Shown here: in pieces, positions 18,434 through 30,000 of the stretch
Numbering within the stretch: the stretch's first letter is position 1
Layout: each line of letters opens with the position of its first letter
IMG/VR virus record: IMGVR_UViG_3300008954_002004
Span: 1 to 56,640 of that record
Length of the DNA stretch: 56,640 nt
Source of the DNA: a virus
Taxonomy: Duplodnaviria; Caudoviricetes
Direction: 5' to 3' (one strand)
The notes under the pieces: model-generated
Seen by the model: only the letters and a program-made list of their open reading frames with translations
What the model was told of the DNA's origin: nothing
Database searches by the model: none
Program-made: the position numbers and the translations under genes

Positions 18434-19399
18434 TTATATATCGGATAAAAATCCTATTAATTTATCTTGCGGAACATGTTTGAGCAACTCATCTATTGAA
18501 GTATAATCTCCATTAGCAACATCTTCAGCAAACTGTTTTGCTACTTTTTCAAGTAACTCCAATGGATGCCCGTCTATACCGTCATCCTGGCCAAGGTGTG
18601 GCTCCACAATTTCTGTTATTGTCGAGACACCTGCTAGTTCTTGAAGTTTTGTTAACTCCGCACTTTCCCACCATTTCTTTTTCTCAGGTTTGGCTTTCTT
18701 GTCCCAAAGATCTTGGGCTTCCTGATCTTGTCTCTTTTTATTAGCCCAAAATTCTGCATTAGTAAATGGTTTTGTTTCTCGTTTGCCGCTTCCTTCAATT
18801 GAAGGAGGGCATTTTACACCTGTTCCAGGCCCACAGCCTTCTTCATTAACGGAGCCTGCTAGTTCTCGAAGTTTTGTCAACTCCACACTTTCCCCATATG
18901 CTTTCTTTATTTTTTCCATTCCTTTAAACTGTTTTAGTAATCGTGGATCAGGATCTTTATGTTTATATTTTGGGATTTCCATGCCTTTAAATCGTGGATC
19001 AGGTTTTTTATATAAATGTATTGGGTTTTCCATACCATCCCATTTATGTATGCCACCTTCTTTTGGCCATGGTTTCTTTTGCCCGGGTAATGGTACTGCT
19101 GGCTCATACTCTGGCCATGGTTTCTTCCCACCTTCTGGACCAGGCCTTATTGGGCGCAAGTCCTTTCCACCTTCTGGACTAGGAGCGTGTCCGATGATAC
19201 CAGTCGACCGTGGCGGCATTATTGGATTGCCAGCATCGTCACACGCAATTGTTGGAGGGTTAGTCATTACTACGGTACCTGGATTTACTCGAGTACTGCA
19301 TCTATACCCTGGATCGGTATCTGCTGCCATTCTCCGGAGTTCTTCTTCAGTAGGTTCCTTACCCCATTCATTCAATTTTATAAAGTCAGTTGCTTTCAT
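18434..19399 (-). CDS. Pro/Lys-rich hypothetical protein, probable internal head protein
   Basis: Two ES.ELTKL.ELAG repeats; KKPWP and DPR..KGME repeats. Confidence 0.6.
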   Translation of the reverse strand: MKATDFIKLNEWGKEPTEEELRRMAADTDPGYRCSTRVNPGTVVMTNPPTIACDDAGNPIMPPRSTGIIGHAPSPEGGKDLRPIRPGPEGGKKPWPEYEPAVPLPGQKKPWPKEGGIHKWDGMENPIHLYKKPDPRFKGMEIPKYKHKDPDPRLLKQFKGMEKIKKAYGESVELTKLRELAGSVNEEGCGPGTGVKCPPSIEGSGKRETKPFTNAEFWANKKRQDQEAQDLWDKKAKPEKKKWWESAELTKLQELAGVSTITEIVEPHLGQDDGIDGHPLELLEKVAKQFAEDVANGDYTSIDELLKHVPQDKLIGFLSDI

Positions 19400-19401
19400 A
19401 A

Positions 19402-20544
19402 TTATATTCCAGCTAATTCAAGAATTTTATTTAATTCTACACTTTCCATTTTAATATCATCAGGATTAGTAGTTGGCTCTTTACCTATGCCTTCTGGAAC
19501 TCCACGAGGATAATCTTGTAAAAAACGTTTTAGTGCTTTTATGTATCCCTGTGGAGATATATCTCTGATGTCACCGCTTTTTGGCCACTCACCTGCGGCC
19601 GCTAAATATGGCCATAACCTGGAAATACCACCAGTTAGATCTGGTGCAGAACTGTTTTTAAGATTCCATGTAAACCACTGTTTTAGCTCTTCATTCCCAT
19701 CCCATAATCCTGGTATAGCTTCTGCTTCTCGATCAGTCCAATGTGGTTCTAAAGATTTACCATCATATGATGTTCTCATATAAGTTGCAAGCAAGCTGTT
19801 AAATACTTTCCCCCATTCTTTAGGATCACGAGTTTCAGCATTCCAATCAACTTTCATCGCTTTAAAATGTGGTTCCAACATACTCATCCAAAGGCCACCT
19901 GGGAAATGGTATTCCATAGCTGCACGGAGACCTGGATTAATTTTTTCGTCAAATAATCCTGGTGTTGATTTTTCTTCCTCATCATAATAAGCTTTAACCT
20001 TTTCGGGAGGATATTCTTCGCCAGTAATTTGAATTGGTACTACTGGGCCTAACTCCGACGGAGGTGGCTCAACATCTGGTCCTACCCAATCTGGTACTAC
20101 TTCATCTTCTTCTTGATCAGATGATGTAGGTGGTAAGTTGGATACTATGGCGTCTGGTGGAAGTGGAGGGGATAAGATCTTATTTTCGTCTTCAGGCTCA
20201 GTATCCGGCTGTGGAGTCGGCTCTAAAGTAGCAGGTTCTTCTTCCTCGCCATCAACAGCACCATCTGCTTTTTGCATTTCATCCCATGCCCTAGCCTGTG
20301 CGGCTTCTCTTTTAGACTTTTCAGTGTTCATTATTTGCTGACTTTGTTTGTCTGGTATGGCATGTGTTGCATCTCTATATGCTTTTGCTTTTTGTGCAAC
20401 TGTCATTTCACTGCCTTCCGCTTCCGCTTCACGTGCCGCTTCTTCTTCAGCTGCTTTTGCATCTTTCTCAGCCCATACTTTTGGGTAGAGTTTTCTATCT
20501 TCTTCTTCAGTTCGTTCTAAAAGCGAAAATTCAAAAAATTTCAT
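19402..20544 (-). CDS. Acidic hypothetical protein, probable internal head protein
   Basis: MKFFEFSLLE N-terminus; C-terminal ESVELNKILELAGI. Confidence 0.6.
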   Translation of the reverse strand: MKFFEFSLLERTEEEDRKLYPKVWAEKDAKAAEEEAAREAEAEGSEMTVAQKAKAYRDATHAIPDKQSQQIMNTEKSKREAAQARAWDEMQKADGAVDGEEEEPATLEPTPQPDTEPEDENKILSPPLPPDAIVSNLPPTSSDQEEDEVVPDWVGPDVEPPPSELGPVVPIQITGEEYPPEKVKAYYDEEEKSTPGLFDEKINPGLRAAMEYHFPGGLWMSMLEPHFKAMKVDWNAETRDPKEWGKVFNSLLATYMRTSYDGKSLEPHWTDREAEAIPGLWDGNEELKQWFTWNLKNSSAPDLTGGISRLWPYLAAAGEWPKSGDIRDISPQGYIKALKRFLQDYPRGVPEGIGKEPTTNPDDIKMESVELNKILELAGI

Positions 20545-20560
20545 AATTTTATCCTATTAA

Positions 20561-22228
20561 TTAGCTCACTGCGTAATATGGAACTACAAATGCTGACCCA
20601 CCAACTTCAATCTTCATATATCCTGTTGGTTGTGCTGGCAATGCAGATGCACTACCTGCTGAACCAACTGTTGTTTGTGTTGGGACATTAAAATCAACTG
20701 TACCTGTACCATTTGGATCTAATTTGAGATCTTGGTTAGTAGTTGAAGTTGAAATTGTTGCTGTTGTGCCTGCCAAGTCTACAGTACCTGTGCCATGTGG
20801 TGCTAGTGACAAGTTTGTATTAGTTGCTGGTGTGCTAAGAGTTGTAACTGTTGCTTCAGTACTAATAATAACCTTACCTGTACCATTTGGATTAATATTA
20901 AGATCTGTATTTGTGCCTGTTGTAGTAATTGTTCTGTTAGTGCCACCAATTAATATACTACCAGTTCCATCTGGACCAATAGTTAAATTACCATTACTTG
21001 CTGGAGTTCCAATTGTTGTTACTTCCAATGTATTAGCAGTCGCTACAATAACTTTACCTGTGCCATTTGGATCTAAATTAATATGTCCATTTGTATCAGT
21101 TGAAATAATAGTATTGCCATCAACATTAATATTATCCACAGTTAAAGTAGTTAAACCTGCTACTGCTGTGTCTAAATTAACAGTAATTGTATCTGCTGAA
21201 CTTGAAACTGTACTAACGTTTGTACCACCAAGAATTCTTAAAGTGTTACCGTTTACAATTGTTTCACTTGAACCACTATCAGCGGCCAATGGAATATTAG
21301 CAATAGTACCACTTGCAATTACAGTATCAACATATTGTTTTGTTGTAAGTGAGTTTGTGCCATGTCCTGCGCGGTCTTTATAACCTGCTGGAACTGTTAC
21401 TGTACCTGTTCCTGCTGGAGCAAGTGCTAATGCCTGGTTTGAGGCAGATGTTGAAATAGTTGCTGTTGTGCCAGGTAAATCAATTGTACCTGTGCCGTTT
21501 GGTGCTAATGTTAAATTACCATTTGTATTTGTTGTAGCAATTGTATTAGCATCAAAACTTAAATTGTCTGTAGTAACTTTACCTGTACCATTTGGTGTAA
21601 GTGTAATGTCACCATTAGTGTTAGTTGAACTAATAACGTTAGCATTAAGTTGTAAATTACCTAAACTAGCATCACTTTGTGTTTTATCTTCTACTAGTAT
21701 ACTTGTGCCACCATCTACTGAACTAAAATCGTAAATGTATGTTCCAGTTGCTGGGAAAGTAATTACTTGTGAAGCAATCCCTTGGACAGTAGTTACACCT
21801 AATGAAACAGCCGCTGGCAAGGTTAGCGTATGTGCTACATTAGCAATTGTTACTATAAAACGCATTCTGCCACCTTGTCCTGACGCTGGCCAGTTACTAA
21901 ATGCTAATGTGCCACTTGCATTTAGTGTAGCAGTATGGATTATTGCTGTTGCGTGGTCTAATGTTAGTGTACCACCAACTGCGCCTAATGCATTTACTAC
22001 ATCGGCGTTATTTTTCATTAATGCTTCACTAATTACACCAGTGAAGTTAAAGTCGTTTGTCGCACTTAACGTAACTGAAGTCGTTTGTAACGCTTCAATT
22101 TCCGTCTTTGCTGACGTAAAATTTGTTTTTATATTTGTAAAATTGTCTCTAAATCCTTGGCTGTCATTGTCTTGTCCAGCTACTGGATATGTTCCGTCAA
22201 TATTACTAGGGTTTATTGAACTTGCCAT
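20561..22228 (-). CDS. Tail fibre / structural protein
   Basis: YPVAGQDNDSQGFRDNF N-terminus; many TN(G/T/Q).L.L.PNGTG repeats. Confidence 0.8.
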   Translation of the reverse strand: MASSINPSNIDGTYPVAGQDNDSQGFRDNFTNIKTNFTSAKTEIEALQTTSVTLSATNDFNFTGVISEALMKNNADVVNALGAVGGTLTLDHATAIIHTATLNASGTLAFSNWPASGQGGRMRFIVTIANVAHTLTLPAAVSLGVTTVQGIASQVITFPATGTYIYDFSSVDGGTSILVEDKTQSDASLGNLQLNANVISSTNTNGDITLTPNGTGKVTTDNLSFDANTIATTNTNGNLTLAPNGTGTIDLPGTTATISTSASNQALALAPAGTGTVTVPAGYKDRAGHGTNSLTTKQYVDTVIASGTIANIPLAADSGSSETIVNGNTLRILGGTNVSTVSSSADTITVNLDTAVAGLTTLTVDNINVDGNTIISTDTNGHINLDPNGTGKVIVATANTLEVTTIGTPASNGNLTIGPDGTGSILIGGTNRTITTTGTNTDLNINPNGTGKVIISTEATVTTLSTPATNTNLSLAPHGTGTVDLAGTTATISTSTTNQDLKLDPNGTGTVDFNVPTQTTVGSAGSASALPAQPTGYMKIEVGGSAFVVPYYAVS

Positions 22229-23941
22229 TTATTCATATACTCCTGTCTGTGGGAATTTCAAGTATTTATCGTTTTCTCCAACTTTTGAATACGTTCGCGG
22301 TGCGTAATTCTTAAGAATCACATAGTATTTAACAGTATTCGTGGGCGCAACAGTGAAAGTTAAACTTGTGCCAATTGCTACATAATCTTTAACTGGAGTA
22401 AGTTCTACTTTTGTTGTTCCATTAACAATGCTAATTTCAGCAGATCTCTCTACATGATGGTCTAATGTGTAAGCCTTTGTAGAACCGTCTCCTGTAATTG
22501 TTTGCATTGTATCAATAAATTTCATCTCTTTATTGTCAAATGTAGTGGCAGAAACTGCACTAAAAGTAGTTTCTTTTCTAGGTGCATAGCGTCCTGTTGT
22601 GATATTAAACGATTGTGTTAAATCAGTATCCCACTCATATCTGTCTACTTCAAATAAAAATTTATTTGGATTAAATTTAGATCGTTTAATTAAAAATTTA
22701 ATGCGCTCTGCATTACCTGGTTTTACATACACTAATGGTACTGCTAATTTATGTTGTAAAATACTTCCATCTGCCTGTTCAGTTGACATCCAACTAGGCA
22801 ATGATTTTGCTTCACTTACTACTTCACCAACATTTGTTTCCAAAGTTGCTCTCATATTTTTAAAACTATTTGGATAGATATCATACGCTTTGTCCCAAGT
22901 TGTCATATCAACTGTATAATCTGGCAAACCTGGACCATCAGTCATACTTGCACGTATTGTTCCACTAGATGCAAATATTGGAGCGAAATCATGTGTGCTA
23001 CTTGTGTTTAAATCTAGTAAAGTATCTGTTGAAGAACTAATTTCTTCGATTTCATAATATATAACTTCATATTCTACTTTACCCGCTACATAAGATCGCG
23101 CACTTTTAAGGTCACCAAAACGTAATTGTTTGGTATAATGGTATTTTTCCATTACTGTCATATAATCTTTAACATATTTTGGATTTAATCCAGATTTGAC
23201 AAGTATTTTAATGTCACGTTGCAATCCAAAACGCTCATCATTTTTTCTATATAATGATTCTTGATCAAATGTATTAAAATCTGATGTGAAATCCTCCCAA
23301 TTTGATCGGTCTGCTAAACTAGGTTTAGCAATACAAAATAAATTTTGCCATGGTTTAAATGCCAATGATCTAACTGTAATTGAGTAATCTTTAAAAGAAC
23401 TTATACCTAATCCGCCAGCAATGTCACCACGACCAATTGCACCAGAGCCACCACCACCAGTAAAAGTAATAGTCGGTTCATGTGTATAACCATCTCCTCC
23501 TGCTGTTACAGTAATTGAATTAACAGCACCGCCAGATACGGTACAAGTTGCTGTTGCTTGCCCACCACCGCCACCAGTAATAGTTACAGTAGGTGCTGAC
23601 GTATAACCTGTTCCGCCATTTAGTACAGCAATACTTGTCAATGGACCAATTGTGCTATATGCTTCTACAGTAAATTCATACTTACTATCCCATGTTGTAA
23701 TAGAAGTACTGACGTCTGTATCTGTAAAAGTTGTTGTTGCTTGATCAAACATTGTATTATTACGAAAAGTGGTTCTTCCTATAATTGAACCATCTTGTGA
23801 TATCGTAAGTCCTTGTGGAAGTTCACCAGCATCTTTAGATCTTTTCATTCTAATAAAAAGTAATGATCCATCAGGCGCCGTTGCATTAATTTTTAACTTA
23901 CAAAGTTTGCCTGCGTCTATTGTTCCTAAACTCGTAGCCAT
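22229..23941 (-). CDS. Baseplate/tail structural protein
   Basis: GELPQGL Ig-like N-terminus; [18 protein letters not shown] repeats; T.FD...T.F motifs. Confidence 0.75.
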   Translation of the reverse strand: MATSLGTIDAGKLCKLKINATAPDGSLLFIRMKRSKDAGELPQGLTISQDGSIIGRTTFRNNTMFDQATTTFTDTDVSTSITTWDSKYEFTVEAYSTIGPLTSIAVLNGGTGYTSAPTVTITGGGGGQATATCTVSGGAVNSITVTAGGDGYTHEPTITFTGGGGSGAIGRGDIAGGLGISSFKDYSITVRSLAFKPWQNLFCIAKPSLADRSNWEDFTSDFNTFDQESLYRKNDERFGLQRDIKILVKSGLNPKYVKDYMTVMEKYHYTKQLRFGDLKSARSYVAGKVEYEVIYYEIEEISSSTDTLLDLNTSSTHDFAPIFASSGTIRASMTDGPGLPDYTVDMTTWDKAYDIYPNSFKNMRATLETNVGEVVSEAKSLPSWMSTEQADGSILQHKLAVPLVYVKPGNAERIKFLIKRSKFNPNKFLFEVDRYEWDTDLTQSFNITTGRYAPRKETTFSAVSATTFDNKEMKFIDTMQTITGDGSTKAYTLDHHVERSAEISIVNGTTKVELTPVKDYVAIGTSLTFTVAPTNTVKYYVILKNYAPRTYSKVGENDKYLKFPQTGVYE

Positions 23942-23943
23942 AA

Positions 23944-25026
23944 TTAACTCCAAGTAACCTCAGTATCAGCTTCACCACGAACAGTTAAAATATACTCAAT
24001 CCACTCTCCATATATTGTTATACTTTTAGCAGGACTATAATCATTATCATTAAACGTATTTTTAGGTCTTAATTTAAATGTATATGCTGTAGAAGATGCT
24101 GTTGTACTTGGTACTTCACCATATATAAGACATGATCCTACTTTATCTGTAGCATCAGTTTCATATGTTCCATTAAAAGTAGTTCCTTGTGGTAAATTGC
24201 CACTTTGCTCAAAAGCAATTTGTGGTAAATCTTCTAATGTTTTCCCTTGAAATAATTCTATGTAATAATTACTATGTCTTAGTATACCAAGAGACCCTGC
24301 TGCCTTTACCATATATGGTCTAGCAAAAACATAATTGTCAGCAGTCCACATTGTGCTAGTACTATCACATTTAATATTATCACCAAATGCATCTGCCTCT
24401 GTGTCTACCGTAGCATCACCAATAGCATGTACCCTGTAACTAAATTGCCTGTCAACATTTACATTACCATCAGTAACGCGAACGTTAAAGTTAAAATCTT
24501 TTGATAATGAAACTTTATCAATTCGTCCAGTTATTACACCGGCCGTACTCATCGTTAACCCTGCTGGTAAACTACCTGATTGTATACTATAAGTTAATGT
24601 GTCTAAATCTGAGTCAGTCGCGGATAGTGTTGTTGTAACTTCTTGTCCATCATGAACATCTGCTAGTTTTCCAGCCGTAGTAGACCAAACTGGTGAGTCA
24701 GGTCCTTCAACAGTTAAACTAAAAGTTCTATCTGCTATTAAATTTTCCGCATCTGTTATTCTAACAACAAAAGTGCTTGTAATATTTTCACTAACTTCAT
24801 AAGGAACACCTTTTAATAAACTACGCTGTGTGGGTATCCCATCAACAAGTCCAGTATGTGCTAACGCCACGCCACCAGGTAACTTACCGGCAATTAACGT
24901 AAATGTTAATCCAGTATTATTACTTCCCTTATCAGGATCTCGTCCAGTTAACTGGAACGAATAAAACTCCATTTCTGGTATTGTACCGAGATCTCCAGCA
25001 TCTGTAACCCAGTATGGTGCGCCCAT
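23944..25026 (-). CDS. Structural protein with putative Ig/cadherin-like (He_PIG) repeats
   Basis: P.W.T.AG.L, GKLPGG, GSLPAGL.MS..G.ITG, F.VR.TD. Confidence 0.75.
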   Translation of the reverse strand: MGAPYWVTDAGDLGTIPEMEFYSFQLTGRDPDKGSNNTGLTFTLIAGKLPGGVALAHTGLVDGIPTQRSLLKGVPYEVSENITSTFVVRITDAENLIADRTFSLTVEGPDSPVWSTTAGKLADVHDGQEVTTTLSATDSDLDTLTYSIQSGSLPAGLTMSTAGVITGRIDKVSLSKDFNFNVRVTDGNVNVDRQFSYRVHAIGDATVDTEADAFGDNIKCDSTSTMWTADNYVFARPYMVKAAGSLGILRHSNYYIELFQGKTLEDLPQIAFEQSGNLPQGTTFNGTYETDATDKVGSCLIYGEVPSTTASSTAYTFKLRPKNTFNDNDYSPAKSITIYGEWIEYILTVRGEADTEVTWS

Positions 25027-25031
25027 TTATT

Positions 25032-25307
25032 TTACCAAGATGCTATTGCTACTCTGCGCCAAATTGCTGTTGTGCCATCATATGCCGCTGTACAAATATA
25101 AAAATGTGTTGCGTTATATGCTGTTTTTCCTGCGTAATCGCCGGCGGCACCTACGTTTGTCGCTGGGACCGTTACTGCTGTTGTACCATCTGATTGCAAC
25201 ATGTATAACTCTAAAAAGTTATCATTTACTTTATCAAATGCCGTGCGTAGCGGATCACCTGTACCGTCATTAGCAGTACTGCCAATTCCAATTGCTTGTC
25301 TAGCCAT
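25032..25307 (-). CDS. Small structural protein with a gp9/gp10-like N-terminal motif
   Basis: MARQAIGIGSTANDGTGDPLRTAFDKVNDNF.ELY; GGAG RBS. Confidence 0.75.
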   Translation of the reverse strand: MARQAIGIGSTANDGTGDPLRTAFDKVNDNFLELYMLQSDGTTAVTVPATNVGAAGDYAGKTAYNATHFYICTAAYDGTTAIWRRVAIASW

Positions 25308-25371
25308 TATTTTCTCCAAATAATTGTATTATTAAGTATTTATACTATATTATTGATCACTAAATACCCAG

Positions 25372-26448
25372 ATGAGTATTATGGGCCTATTAACTTCATT
25401 TCAAATACAAAAAGGTTTACCTTCAGTAAAAAAAGGTCTTGATCATGTCCATTGTTATAAACCAAGTAGAACAATATCAATTGACCCGCTTGGTTATTGC
25501 CGTTTATGTTCGTGCGGTTCTTTCTTACCATTTGATGTTGGTAATATACTAGATTTAAGTTCATTTGACGAAATATGGGAAACACCGCAAACCAAGGAAA
25601 TATTAAAAACTATTGAAAGAAGAACATATGATTATTGTGATACAGAAAGTTGTGGTCTAAGCAGGATGTCAAAATCAGAACCAAATTGGGGTGGCGTGAA
25701 CCTATATCCTTTAGTAAATTTTAAAGAAATACATATATTATTAGGAATAGATGATAGTTGTAACTTACAATGCCCTAGCTGTAGATTAGAAAAAAGAGAT
25801 TATAATAAACCAAAAACTGAACTAGAAAAAATTCAGTTTGCAACAATTATAAAATTAAATAATCATATAACATCACTTATTAACAATTATAATAAAGAAG
25901 CATTTATAACAGTTGGTTCGTCAGGAGATGCATTTTATAGTTTAGCAACAGTTAATATGATTACTAATTTAAAATATAACCCATTACATAGGTATCTATT
26001 TAAAACAAACGGTTTAAGTATGCGAGCGGTATTACCAAAAGTAAAAATATTACCATCAATTGACAGAATTGATATTAGCATTGATGGAGCAACTAAAGAA
26101 ACACATGAAAAGTTACGTGTAGGGAGTAATTGGGGGAAACTAATTGATAATATTAAATGGTTAATCAACTTACCTAATAGACCTAGAGTGGAGGCAAATT
26201 TTACAGTACAAAATGATAACTTTAAGGAAATTCCTTTATTTAAAGAAATAATGGAAGACGAATTAGGAATAGACGGGGTAACATATACATTATATCAACA
26301 ATGGCCACACATAACTAATGAAATATATAAGAAAAATGCTGTACATCTAGAGAATCACATAAATTATCAAGAATACCTTAATTTAATTACAGAATTTAGT
26401 AAGAAAATTAGCACTAATCAAATGTTGATTCTTAATCCTCTTGCGTAG
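25372..26448 (+). CDS. Radical SAM protein with N-terminal twitch-like Cys domain
   Basis: C..P.....DP.G.CRLCSC, YC...C, CNLQCPSC, SGDAF, TNG, SIDGAT.ETH..LR. Confidence 0.88.
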   Translation: MSIMGLLTSFQIQKGLPSVKKGLDHVHCYKPSRTISIDPLGYCRLCSCGSFLPFDVGNILDLSSFDEIWETPQTKEILKTIERRTYDYCDTESCGLSRMSKSEPNWGGVNLYPLVNFKEIHILLGIDDSCNLQCPSCRLEKRDYNKPKTELEKIQFATIIKLNNHITSLINNYNKEAFITVGSSGDAFYSLATVNMITNLKYNPLHRYLFKTNGLSMRAVLPKVKILPSIDRIDISIDGATKETHEKLRVGSNWGKLIDNIKWLINLPNRPRVEANFTVQNDNFKEIPLFKEIMEDELGIDGVTYTLYQQWPHITNEIYKKNAVHLENHINYQEYLNLITEFSKKISTNQMLILNPLA

Positions 26449-26596
26449 TGTCTTTATAATTATTAATATGTCCGCACCAAGGACAATACCAATCTTTTTC
26501 TTTAAAGAATTTTTCCTTGCCGGATTCTGTAGCGATAGACCACCATGCTGAACATTCTTGACATGAGAAATGTACTAATAATTCGGTAGAAAACAT
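26432..26596 (-). CDS. 54-aa zinc-ribbon protein (not in ORF track)
   Basis: [22 protein letters not shown]...WYCPWCGH...QED; TAATG overlap with the upstream gene. Confidence 0.7.
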   Translation of the reverse strand: MFSTELLVHFSCQECSAWWSIATESGKEKFFKEKDWYCPWCGHINNYKDTTQED

Positions 26597-27039
26597 TACG
26601 CTATTACTACGCTATTACTTCCTATAATTGCCCAACCTGTTGATGTGTATAATAATGTAACAGTGTCACCAACAGCATTCATTGTAATAGTTGTACCACC
26701 GTGTAGAGCAGTGGGTGTAATAACAGCATTATTACCAGCAGTAAGCATTATTACAACTTTAAGTTGACCAATGCTACCATTAGCAAGTGTGAGTGCTAAT
26801 ACTCCACCAGCTGAGTTTACTGTAGTAACTGCTGTTGTTAAATTAATTGCTCCTGAAGCTGTTAATGCTTGTGGTGTGGAATCAAACGCCAACCAAGTAG
26901 GCATATTATTCATAAAATTAGCGACACTAACTTTTTTATTTACTGGAGTGCCTGCTGGATCATCTATAACGTGCAATAAATCTTCTGCCGCTATGCCTGT
27001 GCTCAAATCTGTTAGTTGAGTTATTTTCTTGTTTGCCAT
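26596..27039 (-). CDS. Small tail/fibre-associated structural protein
   Basis: [25 protein letters not shown]....W.IIG. Confidence 0.7.
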   Translation of the reverse strand: MANKKITQLTDLSTGIAAEDLLHVIDDPAGTPVNKKVSVANFMNNMPTWLAFDSTPQALTASGAINLTTAVTTVNSAGGVLALTLANGSIGQLKVVIMLTAGNNAVITPTALHGGTTITMNAVGDTVTLLYTSTGWAIIGSNSVVIA

Positions 27040-27063
27040 TTTTATTTAATCTCCAAATACTAT

Positions 27064-30000
27064 TTATGTTGGTATTGTAACTATTTCAGTGCAAGCAACT
27101 GTAGGTAGTGTAAAGCTCCCAGCATTTGAAAATATATAGATATTCAAGTCACCAGTTAAGGCAAGTGTTTGTGCGTTGCCATTTGCATAGGTATCACTAG
27201 AATTCCCATACCACTGAGTATTATCACCTGTTTTCCCTGCTCGAGCAGCTGCCAAACTTGGAAACATCATTATTCGACCAGAGTTAGTTGCTATTCTATC
27301 AAATGTATAATAAAGGTCTGTATAATTTCCAGTCCCACTCCGGCCATCCCGGAATGTAAAGGCGGCATTGCCTGGAGAGTATATAGCAATTCTACTGGCG
27401 TATTGTGTGCCAGGACCACGCAACAGCATATATGCGGCCGCATCCCAACCAGAGTTAGTGTTACCAATATTAGTGCCAACAAAAGGTGAGTTAGCCTTTT
27501 GCCAACCCATAATTACTGTATCATCCTCTACCCAGCCTGTGCCATTTGGAGCAGGACCACTGCTTGCCGCTCCTCCCATATCCTCTAGTAGACCCCAAAA
27601 ATCTGGATAAACAATCAATCGTTTACCAACTGGCACAGTGCTATCTAGTTTAACCATTTCAGCTTGGTGGAGAATGCCATCATTACCATAATTCAAAACA
27701 TTTGTAAAACTTGGTGCAAAGTTAGATGAACCAACCTCCACATCACCACCACCAAAAAAGTTATCTGATAGATCAGTAGTATCAGTTCCTATTCCATGGG
27801 CCAGATATATTGCATTACCGTCACCATCAGTATCTTTAGTAGCAATAACTCGGTTATTAGTATGGTCATGTAAGTCTATCTTATTAGTACTTGAGTGATA
27901 TCTTAATTGTATCTGAGTAACGCCTTTATTAGGATCACTCCATCCAGTAGAAGCATCTACATAATCAGTATTGGATGTGTTAAATGTCATATTGTGAAGA
28001 TTATTGATCCGTTCTGCATTATTCATTCTAAACCCCCAATCCCAAAAAGACACAGTGGTTTCAACATTAGTTAGACCACTTACAGAATTAGATGACTTCC
28101 ATCCACCATTGAAAACTTGTTGCCCCGAATTAGGAGTTGTCCATCTCATATAGTTGCCGGGTACTAATCCTTGCCGATGTCGCACAACTGTATCAGTTTT
28201 TAGAGCAGTATTAGGTGTAGGTCTATCAAGCCTCCAATTGCCCCAAGGCTGTGGAAAGTTTGTTGGTGTATGTTTATATTCCCAACCGTAATATCTCAAC
28301 ATAGTAGTACCATCAAGAGTTTTATTATTACCAGAAATAGAAATACGAATCGCATTACCATCTTCAGCAACATTTGCTGTGGTAATAAGAGTTTCTACAC
28401 CAGTGGTATGTATATCGTACAACCTAAGTTTATTGTCGCCCTTAGTATATCTCAAAGCAAGCCATTTAGCATTACAAGTATAACCACTAGCATAATTAGT
28501 AGCAATATCAAAACCAACAACCTCGCCTACGCCAGCTCTTACTTTGGTACCATCAAGTGAAAAAGACTTGGTCCAAGTAGTATCACCAGCATCTCTCAAA
28601 CCAACATAAGTATTACCAGACCCACCTTGATTCTCTTGGAAAATAAGTTCTTGCCCAGGATACATCTTCTCACCCCAAATCAATCGAGAACTACCGGGCA
28701 AATCTGCAGATGTGTATCTCTGTCTAGGTTTGTATATGGATTCTGGGTGATAATACCATGCAGCTGCAAACGGTTCAAATGTCCAATTGTGTATCGTATA
28801 ATTATTAAACTGACTAATAGTAGCAGAAAAGAACATATGCAAAAATACAGTACTACCATCAAAGTTAGAATCTTTAGTAAATAACACCTCTTCATTATCT
28901 TCATCATACAAGTCAAAAGAATTATCCAAATGATATCTAAAAGATACTTTACCTCCACCCATAATATCTGTAAAATCATTTGAACCACTAGAGTCATCCC
29001 ACCGAGTTGCTTTTGTATTAACAGTAAAACCTGATTTTTCATAAAATCTTTCAGTTGATGCACATTGTAATACCGCAGTAGATTCATTTTCAACATTAAC
29101 TTGCCCTGTTGAGGTACCACTATAATTAAAACCTAAAAAATGGCCCAACCAGGACGCTGGTGTAGTGGTAACCATCTTTTCACCAGGATGTAATCCAACA
29201 TTATGTTTTATAACTGTATCTTGTAAACCACCATCACGCCAAGTTGTATCAGCACCAGCATTAGCTTGAGCAATAATATTCCACGTTTGTTCTCTATCTG
29301 TAAAAGTAGGCAACACTCCATTAGTTGGAAGAGCACAAGATATAATTACAGGGTTACCATCTTCAGCGACTGATGCTGTAGTGATAAGATTCCAATAGTC
29401 ACCAGTTACTTCCCATAACTTTAATTTGTTTGTATCGTAATCATATTGTAAAACTAACTTTGAGCTACCTTGAGTGAGGGAGTAATCAGCAGTATGGTCA
29501 AAACCCTTACTATGATAATCACCAGTACCATGATTTAATTGGGCATTGGCTCGTGAAAGCATTTTGGTCCAAAGGGCTCTTGCGCCCGCATTCGCGGGTG
29601 TATATGAAGTTGAACCGCCCCATATACCAAAATAGTTTGCCACACTGTTTGTACTGTGGTCAAAAGTAAACTCACGTCCTCTCTTTAGTGTTATTCCAAA
29701 GTAATATGGATTGCTCGTTCCTGGCGGCTGTGTTCCTGAAACTTGAGAACCTGCCGTAGAACTACCTGTGCCTGGACTTGCATATGTTTGATACCAATTT
29801 GGCAAACCTATGGTTGCTTCTGTACCATTTACCATTTTAGTTGCATCAATTGTTACTGTTGATGAATCATTTAATGTCAAAACTAAATTAGTACCAGATA
29901 CAGCACCACTTGTAACAGGATTTCCTGTTCCGCCAACACTTCTAGCATCAATATCTGTAATTGTGCCGTCTGCGTGAGTTAAAATAATTGTGTCACTACC

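Noticed and set aside
20724-22307. Long plus-strand ORFs (219 and 190 aa) in the fibre gene
   Set aside because: Antisense artefacts of Thr/Gly/Asn codon bias; no RBS or motifs
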